From NCBI GenBank assembly GCA_963725865.1, contig CAVSAC010000014.1, forward strand, positions 485,422-549,421: DNA of 64,000 nucleotides. The letters run 5' to 3'. The position numbers and the translations under genes were made by a program. The number at the start of each line of letters is the position of its first letter. The stretch's first letter is position 1. Shown piece after piece: positions 20,998 to 29,523 of this stretch. Below the pieces are notes generated by a model. That model saw nothing but the letters and a program-made list of their open reading frames with translations, did no database searches and was not told the DNA's origin. Source of the DNA: Candidatus Eiseniibacteriota bacterium (GTDB lineage Bacteria > Eisenbacteria > RBG-16-71-46).

Positions 20998-22365
20998 TCA
21001 GTGGGCGTGATGCGCTTCGACCTCGTGCCCATGATCGTGCGGCAGCATGAGGAGGAAGTAGATCGTGCTGAGCAGGCTGAACACCAGGGCCTGTACGACA
21101 CTCGTCAGCAGGGCGAGGAACAGGAACGGGAACTGGAGCGGCAGGCCGAACGGCAACGCGTGCAGCCCCATCGCGGCGAGCGTGGTGATGCCGAGGCCGG
21201 CGAAGCCCACCAGCAGCATGTCCTCGCCGAAGATGTTGCCGAACAGACGGCAGGAGAGCGACACCGGCTTCGCCAGCTCCCCGATCACGTGGATCGGGAA
21301 CATCAGGATCACCAGCCCCCACTCCATGCCGGAGTGCGGGCTGCCGGCCAGATGGTGGAGCCAGCCGCCGAGCCCCAGCTCGCGGATCGCGGTGTAGTGC
21401 ACGTAGACCACGACGGTGATGGCGAGCGCGAACGTGACGTTCAGGCTGGAGGTCGGCGATTCCATCATCGGGATGATGCCGAACAGGTTCATCGCGAGGA
21501 TGTAGATGAACAGGCTGCCGAGGAACGGCACGTAGCGCGGCCCGTAGACCGGACCGAGCACGTCCACCACCTGGTTGTAGACCGTCTCGACCGTCGCCTC
21601 GACCGCGTTCTGGAGCGGGCGCGGGATCGGCGTGGCGCCGCGCATCGCGACCACCGCGACCACCGCGAGCAGCACCGCGACCAGCAGCGAGAACAGGATC
21701 ACCTCGTAGCGGTGCACCACGTGCGCCCATGGCCGGCCCTCGTTCGCGTGCACCAGCAGCGAGAGCACGGTGTCGAACTTCTTCGGCCCGCTCTCCGCGG
21801 CGTGCTGGGTGGCGGCGTGCTCCGAGGCGGCGCTCTCGCCTTGGGGCGCGCCCGCCGCGGCCTCCGTGGTGGCCGCGCCGTGCCCGCCCGGCGTCTCGGC
21901 ATCGGCGCGGGTCAGCGCGCTGATGCCCAGCCCCAGCAGCGCGGCGACCGCGACCACCGTGATCGCGGCACGCCAGCGGCTCCGCGTGAAGCGCGCCCAG
22001 GCCGCCGACTCGAGCAGCACGCGCGAGACCGCCTTGAGCGTCAGGACCGCGAACGGAATCGCGAATCCGCTCATCAGGGCCGCCACCGGCAGCCGCGTCA
22101 GCAGCGCGGCGCCGGCCGCGAACAGCGCGAGGTTGCCGAGCCCGGCGAGGCCGGCCTGCCGCAGCGCGTCCCACCCGCGGGGCCCCGGTCGCACGACGGC
22201 GACCACGATGCGCTCGAGCAGCCACAGGTTCGCGATCGAGAACGCGGCGCCGGCGGCCAACCCGAGGCCCGCGGCGTACGACACGTACGCCCCGACGAAG
22301 AGGGCGGCGAGCAGCGCGAACCACAGCGAGGACTGGCGGACGCGGACGAGGAATTCGAAGCCCAT
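20998..22365 (-). CDS. atpB: ATP synthase F0 subunit a with N-terminal AtpI-like domain (apparent fusion)
   Basis: C-terminal subunit a motifs 'PTSSLNVT' and 'KPVSLSCRLFGN', 'VQALVFSLL..IY'. The N-terminal ~120 aa are hydrophobic helices 'GLAAGAAFSIANLWLL', in the same frame. Confidence 0.88.
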   Translation of the reverse strand: MGFEFLVRVRQSSLWFALLAALFVGAYVSYAAGLGLAAGAAFSIANLWLLERIVVAVVRPGPRGWDALRQAGLAGLGNLALFAAGAALLTRLPVAALMSGFAIPFAVLTLKAVSRVLLESAAWARFTRSRWRAAITVVAVAALLGLGISALTRADAETPGGHGAATTEAAAGAPQGESAASEHAATQHAAESGPKKFDTVLSLLVHANEGRPWAHVVHRYEVILFSLLVAVLLAVVAVVAMRGATPIPRPLQNAVEATVETVYNQVVDVLGPVYGPRYVPFLGSLFIYILAMNLFGIIPMMESPTSSLNVTFALAITVVVYVHYTAIRELGLGGWLHHLAGSPHSGMEWGLVILMFPIHVIGELAKPVSLSCRLFGNIFGEDMLLVGFAGLGITTLAAMGLHALPFGLPLQFPFLFLALLTSVVQALVFSLLSTIYFLLMLPHDHGHEVEAHHAH

Positions 22366-22388
22366 GGTCGGCAGCGGCGCGTGCGGAT

Positions 22389-22679
22389 TCAGCGCCGTGG
22401 TTTGCGCTCCTTTGGTTCGTCTTCGGACTGGACGCGACGGATGATGAGATAGGTCTCGCGGCCGGCGGCGACGAATCCCAGCACCACACCCACGACGGTG
22501 AGCCAGGGCTCGGTGTGGAATCGCCGATCCCCCCACTTGCCCAGGAAGACGCCCACCAGAGGACCGGCGACGAGCAAGGAAGGAATGGCGAGCAGCAGGC
22601 CGGCGGACCGAAGGCCTGAGTCCTCAGTCTTCGGCTTCCGTGGATCGACCACGCTGCGCGCTCCGGTGAAACTTTTCAC
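22389..22679 (-). CDS. atpZ: AtpZ/AtpI (ATPase gene 1) family protein; start may be the GTG at 22652
   Basis: 'LVGVFLGKWGDRRFHTEPWLTVVGVVLGFVAAG' signature; first gene of the operon. Confidence 0.88.
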   Translation of the reverse strand: MKSFTGARSVVDPRKPKTEDSGLRSAGLLLAIPSLLVAGPLVGVFLGKWGDRRFHTEPWLTVVGVVLGFVAAGRETYLIIRRVQSEDEPKERKPRR

Positions 22680-22851
22680 AAGCCCCGCGTGGTGGCCGAG
22701 CTGCGGCCAACGACGGCGTAGGCGCGCGGGAATCTACGGAAACGACTGCACCGGGTCAAACGGAAACTGCTCGTAGCGCGTCAGTTGGTATGGCGGCAGC
22801 GAACCGCGGCGAGTTTGGCGGGGATCCACCCGCGCCCTATCCTGCCGGCCC

Positions 22852-23364
22852 ATGCCGATCCTCCGCCGCACCCACATCGAGGTCTACGTGCTCCGCCGTC
22901 GCGCACGGCAGGCGGAGTTCCTGTGCCTGCGACGTTCCCCGGGCAAGTGGCTGCCGGGGGCGTGGCAGCCGGTGACCGGCCGCATCGAGCGCGGCGAGTC
23001 CGCGCTGGCGGCCGCGGTCCGCGAGGTGCGCGAGGAGACCGGGCTGAGCCCGCGCCGCTGGTGGGCGCTGGAGACCGTCACCGTCTACTTCGACCCCGCC
23101 GCCGACGTGGTGCATGCGTTGCCGCTGTTCGTCGCCGAGGTCGGCGCGCGCGATCGCGTGCGCCTGTCCGCCGAGCACACCGCGCTCGCGTGGCTGCCGG
23201 CCGCGCTCGCCGGCCGGCGCTTCGTGTGGCAGGCCCAGCGCGCCGGACTCGCCGCCGTGCGGCGCGAGGTCCTGCGCGGAGGCCCGCTCGCTCGCGCGCT
23301 CGAATGCACGTCGCTCGTCTCGGCCCTCGCGGCGCGCCCGCGGCGCGCCGGCCCGGGGTCGTGA
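22852..23364 (+). CDS. NUDIX hydrolase
   Basis: Nudix box 'GRIERGESALAAAVREVREETGL'. Confidence 0.92.
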   Translation: MPILRRTHIEVYVLRRRARQAEFLCLRRSPGKWLPGAWQPVTGRIERGESALAAAVREVREETGLSPRRWWALETVTVYFDPAADVVHALPLFVAEVGARDRVRLSAEHTALAWLPAALAGRRFVWQAQRAGLAAVRREVLRGGPLARALECTSLVSALAARPRRAGPGS

Positions 23365-23379
23365 GGAAGGAGGAGTCCG

Positions 23380-23886
23380 TTGGCCAGCACCAGTTCGTTC
23401 GATGTCACCACCGGGGTGGACTACATGGAGGTCACCAACGCCGTCGACCAGGCGACCAAGGAGATCACGCAGCGCTTCGACTTCAAGGGCGTGAAGGCCA
23501 CCTTCGAGCTGAACCAGAAGGACAAGAAGATCCTGCTCGCCGCGCCCGACGAGTTCCGGCTCAAGGCGATGTGGGATTCGCTGCAGGGCAAGCTGGTGCG
23601 GCGCGGCGTGGCGCTCAAGAACCTCGCGCCGGGCAAGGTGGAGCCCGCCGCCAGCTCGACGGTGCGCCAGGAGATCGCGATCCAGGACGGACTCACCGCC
23701 GACATGGCGCGCGCGATCGCCAAGACCATCAAGGACGCCAAGCTCAAGAAGGTGCAGGCCGCGATCCAGGGCGACACCGTGCGGGTCTCCTCGCCGGACA
23801 AGGATGCGCTGCAGGGCGTGATCGCGCTGCTCAAGCAGGAGGACTACGGCGTCGAGCTGAAGTTCGGTAACTTCCGCAGCAACTGA
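23380..23886 (+). CDS. yajQ: YajQ family cyclic di-GMP-binding protein
   Basis: 'SFDV...EVTNAVDQA.KEI.QRFDFKG', 'KVQAAIQGDTVRVS', 'NFR'. Confidence 0.95.
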   Translation: MASTSSFDVTTGVDYMEVTNAVDQATKEITQRFDFKGVKATFELNQKDKKILLAAPDEFRLKAMWDSLQGKLVRRGVALKNLAPGKVEPAASSTVRQEIAIQDGLTADMARAIAKTIKDAKLKKVQAAIQGDTVRVSSPDKDALQGVIALLKQEDYGVELKFGNFRSN

Positions 23887-24012
23887 CGCCCGTATCCGGC
23901 GACCCGCCACGCTCCGGCGCCGGAGGCGGTCGCGATGGGCATTGCCTCGGCACGGGCGCTGTCGGACACTGCCGCGCGTCCGCGGTCCCGCCGTCCCTTC
24001 CCGGAGGGCTTC

Positions 24013-26352
24013 ATGCCGAAGCGAGCGATCCGACCCGTGCGCACCACGCGCGCCGCAACCCCGAGGAAGGCACCCGCGCGCCACGCCCGCCCCGCGACGA
24101 AGCGCGCGGGCGGCTATCCCGTCACGCTGCGCACCGCCGATCGCACGCTGCGCTTCACGGCGCCGCCGGCGCTCGCGCGCGAGGCGATGCAGTGGACCTA
24201 CCGCCTGCGCAACCGACTCCGTTGGAAGGACAGCACCGAGTCGCGGCGGCGCCTCGCGCAGCAGAGCGTCGATTCGCTGGTCTCGCTCGGGATCTCGGAG
24301 GCGGACCTCACGGTGCTGGCGCAGGCCTCGCTGATCGAGGTCACGGTGCCGTGGCTCCCGAAGGGTGATCCGTGGGAGGCGCGCGTCTTCCCGTGGGAGT
24401 TCATGCTCGCGAGCGCCACGCGCCGCAAGGGCCGCTCCGGCCCGCTCCTGGTCGTGCGCCGTCTCGAGCGGCGCGGCGCGCCCGCCGCGCCGCCTCCGCT
24501 CGGCAGGCGCGCGCCGGTGGTGCTGTTCGTCGAGAGCGCGCCGGGGGCGCTGCGCGACCTGTACGACTTCGATTCCGAGCGCGAGCTGGTGCGCAGCGCG
24601 CTCGCGCCGTGCGCGTTCCAGGTCTGCGTGGATCCCTCGCCGGAACAGTTGGCCGCTGCCGCGGCAAAGCACCAGCCGGACCTCGTGCACCTCGCCGGCT
24701 TCGACACCCATCAGGGCCGCGAGCTGCTGCTCGAACAAGATCCCGCCGGGCTCCCGGATGCGGCGAACGATGCGGAGGCCGCGAAGGCGTTCGAGCGCGA
24801 CGGCTATCTGCTCGGACGCGGCCGCCAGGCGGTGGCGCTGCCCGCCGAGGCGCTCGCCGAGGCGCTCAACTCGGGCCGGCGGCCGCTGCGGATGGTGGGC
24901 TGCAATCTCTACAGCTCGGCGGCCCGCATCGCGTCGATGCTGATCGCCCGCGGCGCGGGCACGGCGCTCGGCTTCCAGGACCTGCAGGACGACGCGCTCA
25001 TGGAGCTGTTCTTTGGGCGCTTCTACCGCGCATGGCGCAGCGGGGCCGGCGACGCGCTCGCCGGCTTCCACGCCGGCTGGGACGCGCTGCGCGCCCAGCC
25101 CCGCGACCTGCAGGGCACCAGCGTGACGCTGTGGAGCGCCGCCTCGGTGGTCGCGAGGGCGCGCACCGCGCAGTCCGTGGTGCGGCGCCTGGCGGGCGAG
25201 GAACAGCGGGTGCTCGCGCCGCCGCGCACCGGAGCGCTCGACTGGGTGCAGGTCGAGGTGGAGCCGCGCGAGGTCATCAACTACGCGCTGCTCCACAACC
25301 ATCGCAGCCTGTTCGATCGCTTCCTGCTCCACTGGACGCGGCCCGGGCGCCTCACCGACGTCTCGGTCGAGGTCGAGCTGATGGTGGGCGCCGAGCGGCT
25401 GAGCTACCGCAGCACCATCGCTCCCGAGCGCAGCCCGCACGATCTGTCGCGCGACGTGCGCGTGCCGCTCGCCTGGTCGCTGGCGCGCACGCTGCACGAG
25501 TCGGTGCGCACCACGCTCTACGTGGACGTGCGCTGGCAGGGCCGCGTGCTGCGCCGCGACACGCTCGACGTCACGCTGCTGCCGGTGAGCGAGTGGCACG
25601 ACACGCCCGAGGACGATCCGTGGCTGCCTTCGTTCGTGCTGCCGCGCGATCCGGCGGTGCTGCGCATCGTCGATCACGCGCAGCGCTACCTGGTGGCGCT
25701 CGACGACGACCCGACGGCGGGGTTCGACGGCTACCAGAGCTACGACCGCGCCGACCACGGCGCCGCGGTGGATCGACGCGTGCAGGCGCTGTGGTACGCG
25801 CTCACGCAGGACCTGATGCTCGGCTACATCGACCCGCCGCCCACCTACAGTGCCGAGTCCCAGCGGCTGCGCACGCCCTCCGAGGTCCTGAACGGCAGGC
25901 GCGGCACGTGCATCGACCTCGCGCTGCTGTTCGCGTCGTGCCTCGAGTTCGTCGACATCTACCCGGTGATCTTCCTGCGCGACGATCACGCCTTCCCGGG
26001 CTACTGGCGCGATCCGGAGGCCCACGACGAGCGATTCGCGCGCATGTACGAGTCCGACGACGGGGGCACCGCCCAGGGCGACGACGCCCGCGGCCAGTCC
26101 GAGGCGTGGACGCTCGGGCCCGACAACTACGACGAGGTGCATCGCCTCGTGCACTCGGGACGCATCGTCCCGCTCGAGACCGTCGACCTCACCTCGCGCA
26201 CCAGCTTCGAGCAGGCGTGCAAGGACGGCCGCGCGGACGTCAACCAGCGCGAGGGGTTCGCGTCGATGCTCGACATCGCGCTCGCGCGCGCCCACAACGT
26301 GACACCGCTGCCGTTCCCGGAGGGCCCGACGCTTGAGCGCCGCCCGGGATGA
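24013..26352 (+). CDS. CHAT/caspase-like domain (apparently inactive) fused to a transglutaminase-like Cys-His domain
   Basis: 'RVFPWEFM', 'VLFVESAP', 'PDLVHLAGF', 'MVGCNLYSS' are CHAT-like. 'QRLRTPSEVL...GTCIDLALLFASCLE...DHAFPGYW...PLET' is transglutaminase-like. Confidence 0.7.
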   Translation: MPKRAIRPVRTTRAATPRKAPARHARPATKRAGGYPVTLRTADRTLRFTAPPALAREAMQWTYRLRNRLRWKDSTESRRRLAQQSVDSLVSLGISEADLTVLAQASLIEVTVPWLPKGDPWEARVFPWEFMLASATRRKGRSGPLLVVRRLERRGAPAAPPPLGRRAPVVLFVESAPGALRDLYDFDSERELVRSALAPCAFQVCVDPSPEQLAAAAAKHQPDLVHLAGFDTHQGRELLLEQDPAGLPDAANDAEAAKAFERDGYLLGRGRQAVALPAEALAEALNSGRRPLRMVGCNLYSSAARIASMLIARGAGTALGFQDLQDDALMELFFGRFYRAWRSGAGDALAGFHAGWDALRAQPRDLQGTSVTLWSAASVVARARTAQSVVRRLAGEEQRVLAPPRTGALDWVQVEVEPREVINYALLHNHRSLFDRFLLHWTRPGRLTDVSVEVELMVGAERLSYRSTIAPERSPHDLSRDVRVPLAWSLARTLHESVRTTLYVDVRWQGRVLRRDTLDVTLLPVSEWHDTPEDDPWLPSFVLPRDPAVLRIVDHAQRYLVALDDDPTAGFDGYQSYDRADHGAAVDRRVQALWYALTQDLMLGYIDPPPTYSAESQRLRTPSEVLNGRRGTCIDLALLFASCLEFVDIYPVIFLRDDHAFPGYWRDPEAHDERFARMYESDDGGTAQGDDARGQSEAWTLGPDNYDEVHRLVHSGRIVPLETVDLTSRTSFEQACKDGRADVNQREGFASMLDIALARAHNVTPLPFPEGPTLERRPG

Positions 26353-27656
26353 GCGGATCGAGCGCCTGCGCGAGGTCGCGCGGTCGTCGACGCACGGACT
26401 GGGACGGAGCGGGAGCGCGCGGCGCGCCGGGGCCGGCGCGGGGCCGCGGCGCGCGCGCCGCGGGCCCGCCGAGCCGCCCCTGCTGCGGCTCACGTTGGTG
26501 GACGAGGACGGCGTGCTCGCGTGGGTCGAGGACGGGCCGCCGCAGCCGCGCGTGACGCGGCGGCGCATGCGCCGCGGCCGGCTCGGCGCCGAGCCGAGCG
26601 GGCCCGGTCGAGATCCACGCGATCGAGTTCGAGCGCCTCGCCCCGAGCGAGATCACGAGCCACCTCGACACGCTCGACCTCAAGCTCACGCCGCAGCGCG
26701 GGCTGCGGCGCCTGCAGGGCGGCGCGCTGGTGCCGGTGAAGCGCCCCAGCGCCCGCGCCGGGCAGCGCGTGCTGTTGATCGTGCACGGCACGTTCAGCCA
26801 CGGCGAGGCGATCACCGACGACCTCGCGGCGGCGCCCGGCGGGCCCGAGTTCCTCGCGGCGCTGGCGGCGACCTACGCCGAAGTGCTGACGTTCGACCAT
26901 CCCACGCTCGCCGTGAGCCCGCTGCTCAACGCGTTCGACCTCGAGCGCGCGCTCGCCGGCTGCCCGGCCACGTTCGACGTGGTGGCGCACAGTCGCGGCG
27001 GGCTGGTGGCGCGCGCGTGGGCGGAGGCGTTCCGTGGCGGCACGCGCGGCGTGCGGCGGCTGGTGCTGGTGGGCTCGCCGCTCGCGGGCACCAGCCTCGC
27101 CGCGCCACCGCGGCTGCGCGAGGCGCTCCAGTACGTCTCGAACGTGGGCGGGGCGCTCGCGGGGCTGTTGGGCGCGGCCAACCCGTTCCTCGCGCTGGGC
27201 GCCGGCCTGATGCAGATCGTGACCTCGATCACCTCGCTGGTGGCGCACACGCCGCTGCTCGACGCGGCGGTCGCCCTGGTCCCGGGCCTCGCCGCGCAGT
27301 CGCGGGTGGGCAATGCGCCCGAGATCCTGCGCATGCGCGCGGCCGGCGCGCTGCCGACCGCGCGCGTGTTCGCGGTGCGCGCGGACTTCGAGCCGCCGCC
27401 GGTGGGCTGGGCGTTCTGGAAGCTGTTCGTGCAGGCGAAGCAGCGGCTCGCCGACGTGGGCGCGGACCTGCTGTTCCCGGGCGCGAACGATCTGGTGGTG
27501 GACTACGACTCGGTGGTGAGCCTCGCCGACGATCGCAGCGTCCCGGCCGCGCAGTGCCGGGACTTCGGCACCCAGAACACGGTCCACCACTGCAACTACT
27601 TCCGCCAGCGCGAGACCGTGAAGTTCCTGTCCGAGGTGCTGCTGCGCGAGCCGTGA
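26333..27656 (+). CDS. Alpha/beta-hydrolase (lipase-like) with N-terminal extension; one frameshift near 26605
   Basis: 'IVHGTFS', 'FDHPTL', nucleophile elbow 'VAHSRGGLVAR', 'NDLVVD', 'VHHCNYF'. TTG start overlaps the upstream stop. Confidence 0.8.
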
Positions 27657-27705
27657 GGCGGCGCGGCACGCCGCCCGCTCCGGCCGCCCGCGCGGATGGC
27701 GCGGC

Positions 27706-28176
27706 TCAGCCGGTGCCCCGGCCCTCGCCGAGCAGGTGCGCGATCGCGCCGCGGCGATACGCGAAGATCCGCTGGATCGTGGGACGCACGTAGAACGCGT
27801 GCACCGGGCGCGACAGCGGGTCGAACGCCAGCGCGTAGTCGACGCGGTCGCGCACCCAGGTGCCGCCGCGGCCCGCCTCGAAGCGATGGCGGTGCACCCA
27901 GTGCGGGTACGGCCCGCTCAACTGGCGGTCCACGAACCCCTGTCCGGGCGACCACTCCTCGATCCGCGTGACCCAGCGCGCCGGCATCCCGTGCAGGCGC
28001 AGCCGGTAGTCGATCAGCACGCCCTCTCCCATCGTGATCGGGAGCTGGGTGAGGACGCGGAAGTGGAGGAACGGCGGAGTGATGGCCTCGAGGTTCTCGG
28101 CGTCGGCGAAGAACGCGAACGTCTCGTCCAGTCCGGCTCCGACCCACTGCTCGGTCTCGAAGAAGTAAGTGCGCAT
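27706..28176 (-). CDS. SRPBCC family protein
   Basis: 'FFADAENLEAITPP', 'FVDRQLSGPY..WVHRHRFE...GTWVRDRVDY'. Confidence 0.92.
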   Translation of the reverse strand: MRTYFFETEQWVGAGLDETFAFFADAENLEAITPPFLHFRVLTQLPITMGEGVLIDYRLRLHGMPARWVTRIEEWSPGQGFVDRQLSGPYPHWVHRHRFEAGRGGTWVRDRVDYALAFDPLSRPVHAFYVRPTIQRIFAYRRGAIAHLLGEGRGTG

Positions 28177-28222
28177 GGTGAGGTTCGGGGTAGGGGTTGG
28201 GAGGAGAGGTCGCGGCCGCTCG

Positions 28223-29509
28223 TCACTTCACCTGGAGCACCAGCCGCCACTGGCTGGGCCGCGACGGCACGCAGGTGAATCCCGCGAACGCCGCCGGCGG
28301 GCCCGCGACGTAGCGCTGCAGGCGCGGCTCCACGTGCATCGCGAGCCGGTGCGGGCCGCAGGGCGCGAGCATCTCGAACGGCCGCGGCACACCCATGAAC
28401 AGCTCGACCGAGTCGCGCGACGCCGGGTGATCGTCGATCCACAGCGTGATCTTGAGATACTCGGGGATGCGCCGCTCGGAGCGCGCCTCGAGCGTGCCCT
28501 TGACCACGCACGCGCAGGTGTCGCTCGCCACCGGCGGCGCTGCGACCGGGGGCGCGGTCGCGCGCGGCGCGGCCACCGGGGCGCGCGACGGCGCGACCTC
28601 CGGCGCCGGGCGCGCGGTCGCGGGCGGACGGTCGGACACCTTCGGCCCCCGCGCCCCGGCCGACGGGAGCGAATCCGCGCGCGTGGTCCGCGCCTCCGCC
28701 GCGAGCGCGCGCAGCGAATCCTCGCGAGCCGTCCGCGCCCGCGCCTGGGCGACGCGCAGCGAATCCTCGCGGGCCCTGCGCGCGCGCGTGTCGGCCACCC
28801 GCAGCGACTCCGCGCGCGCCTTCGCGACGCGCGCCGCCAGCTGCTGCGCGGCCCGCTCGGTCGGCGCGGCCGTCCTGGTGCGGACGTGCGCCGAGTCCGC
28901 GGCGACGTGCGACGCCGGCGGGGTCGGACGCGGCGCGGGCGATCGCGCGGCGTCCGGACGCGCCACCACTTTCACGCCGGTCACCGGCACGACGACCTCG
29001 GCGAGCATCTCGACCGGCGCGTCGCCGACCTCCATGGACACCTGCGCGCCGGTGAAGTCGAGGTCGGCGAACACCACCGAGACGCTGCGGGCGGTCAGCG
29101 CGCCGGCGACCGCGTTCGCGAACGCGGCGTCGGGGGCCCGCACCCGCGCGCGCGCCGGCGGCCCCACGATCTCGATCTCGAGCCCCGCGGCGCCCTTGCC
29201 TCCCGCACGAACGAACGTCCAGCCGGCGCGCACCGGCGCCAACCGCAACGCGAGCGGAGTGCGCGCGAGCTCGTCGAGGCTCGGCAGCGGCAGGTAGAGC
29301 GCGTAGTTCCCGTGGGCATCGGTAACCGCGCGGGCCGCGCGGGTGCCCCCCGCGGCGACGGTGACGCCGCTCACCGCCCAGCCATCGGGTCCGGTGACGC
29401 GGCCTCGCACGAGCAGGGTGCGGGGCTCCGCGGCGCGGGCCGGCGCCACGGCCATCAACAGGAACGCGCACACGAGCGAGCGGGCGAACAGGGACGAGTG
29501 TGGAGACAT
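28223..29509 (-). CDS. Secreted hypothetical protein (carboxypeptidase-regulatory-like N-domain, Ala/Arg/Pro-rich middle)
   Basis: Signal peptide; 'VRGRVTGPDG..VSGVTV...TDAHGNYAL'; low-complexity linker. Confidence 0.6.
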   Translation of the reverse strand: MSPHSSLFARSLVCAFLLMAVAPARAAEPRTLLVRGRVTGPDGWAVSGVTVAAGGTRAARAVTDAHGNYALYLPLPSLDELARTPLALRLAPVRAGWTFVRAGGKGAAGLEIEIVGPPARARVRAPDAAFANAVAGALTARSVSVVFADLDFTGAQVSMEVGDAPVEMLAEVVVPVTGVKVVARPDAARSPAPRPTPPASHVAADSAHVRTRTAAPTERAAQQLAARVAKARAESLRVADTRARRAREDSLRVAQARARTAREDSLRALAAEARTTRADSLPSAGARGPKVSDRPPATARPAPEVAPSRAPVAAPRATAPPVAAPPVASDTCACVVKGTLEARSERRIPEYLKITLWIDDHPASRDSVELFMGVPRPFEMLAPCGPHRLAMHVEPRLQRYVAGPPAAFAGFTCVPSRPSQWRLVLQVK

Positions 29510-29523
29510 GGCGTGCGCAAGCA

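Noticed and set aside
22680-22850. Possible tRNA or ncRNA in intergenic regions (also 52800-53380)
   Set aside because: No cloverleaf, T-loop or riboswitch signature recognisable by eye; an Infernal/Rfam scan would be needed.
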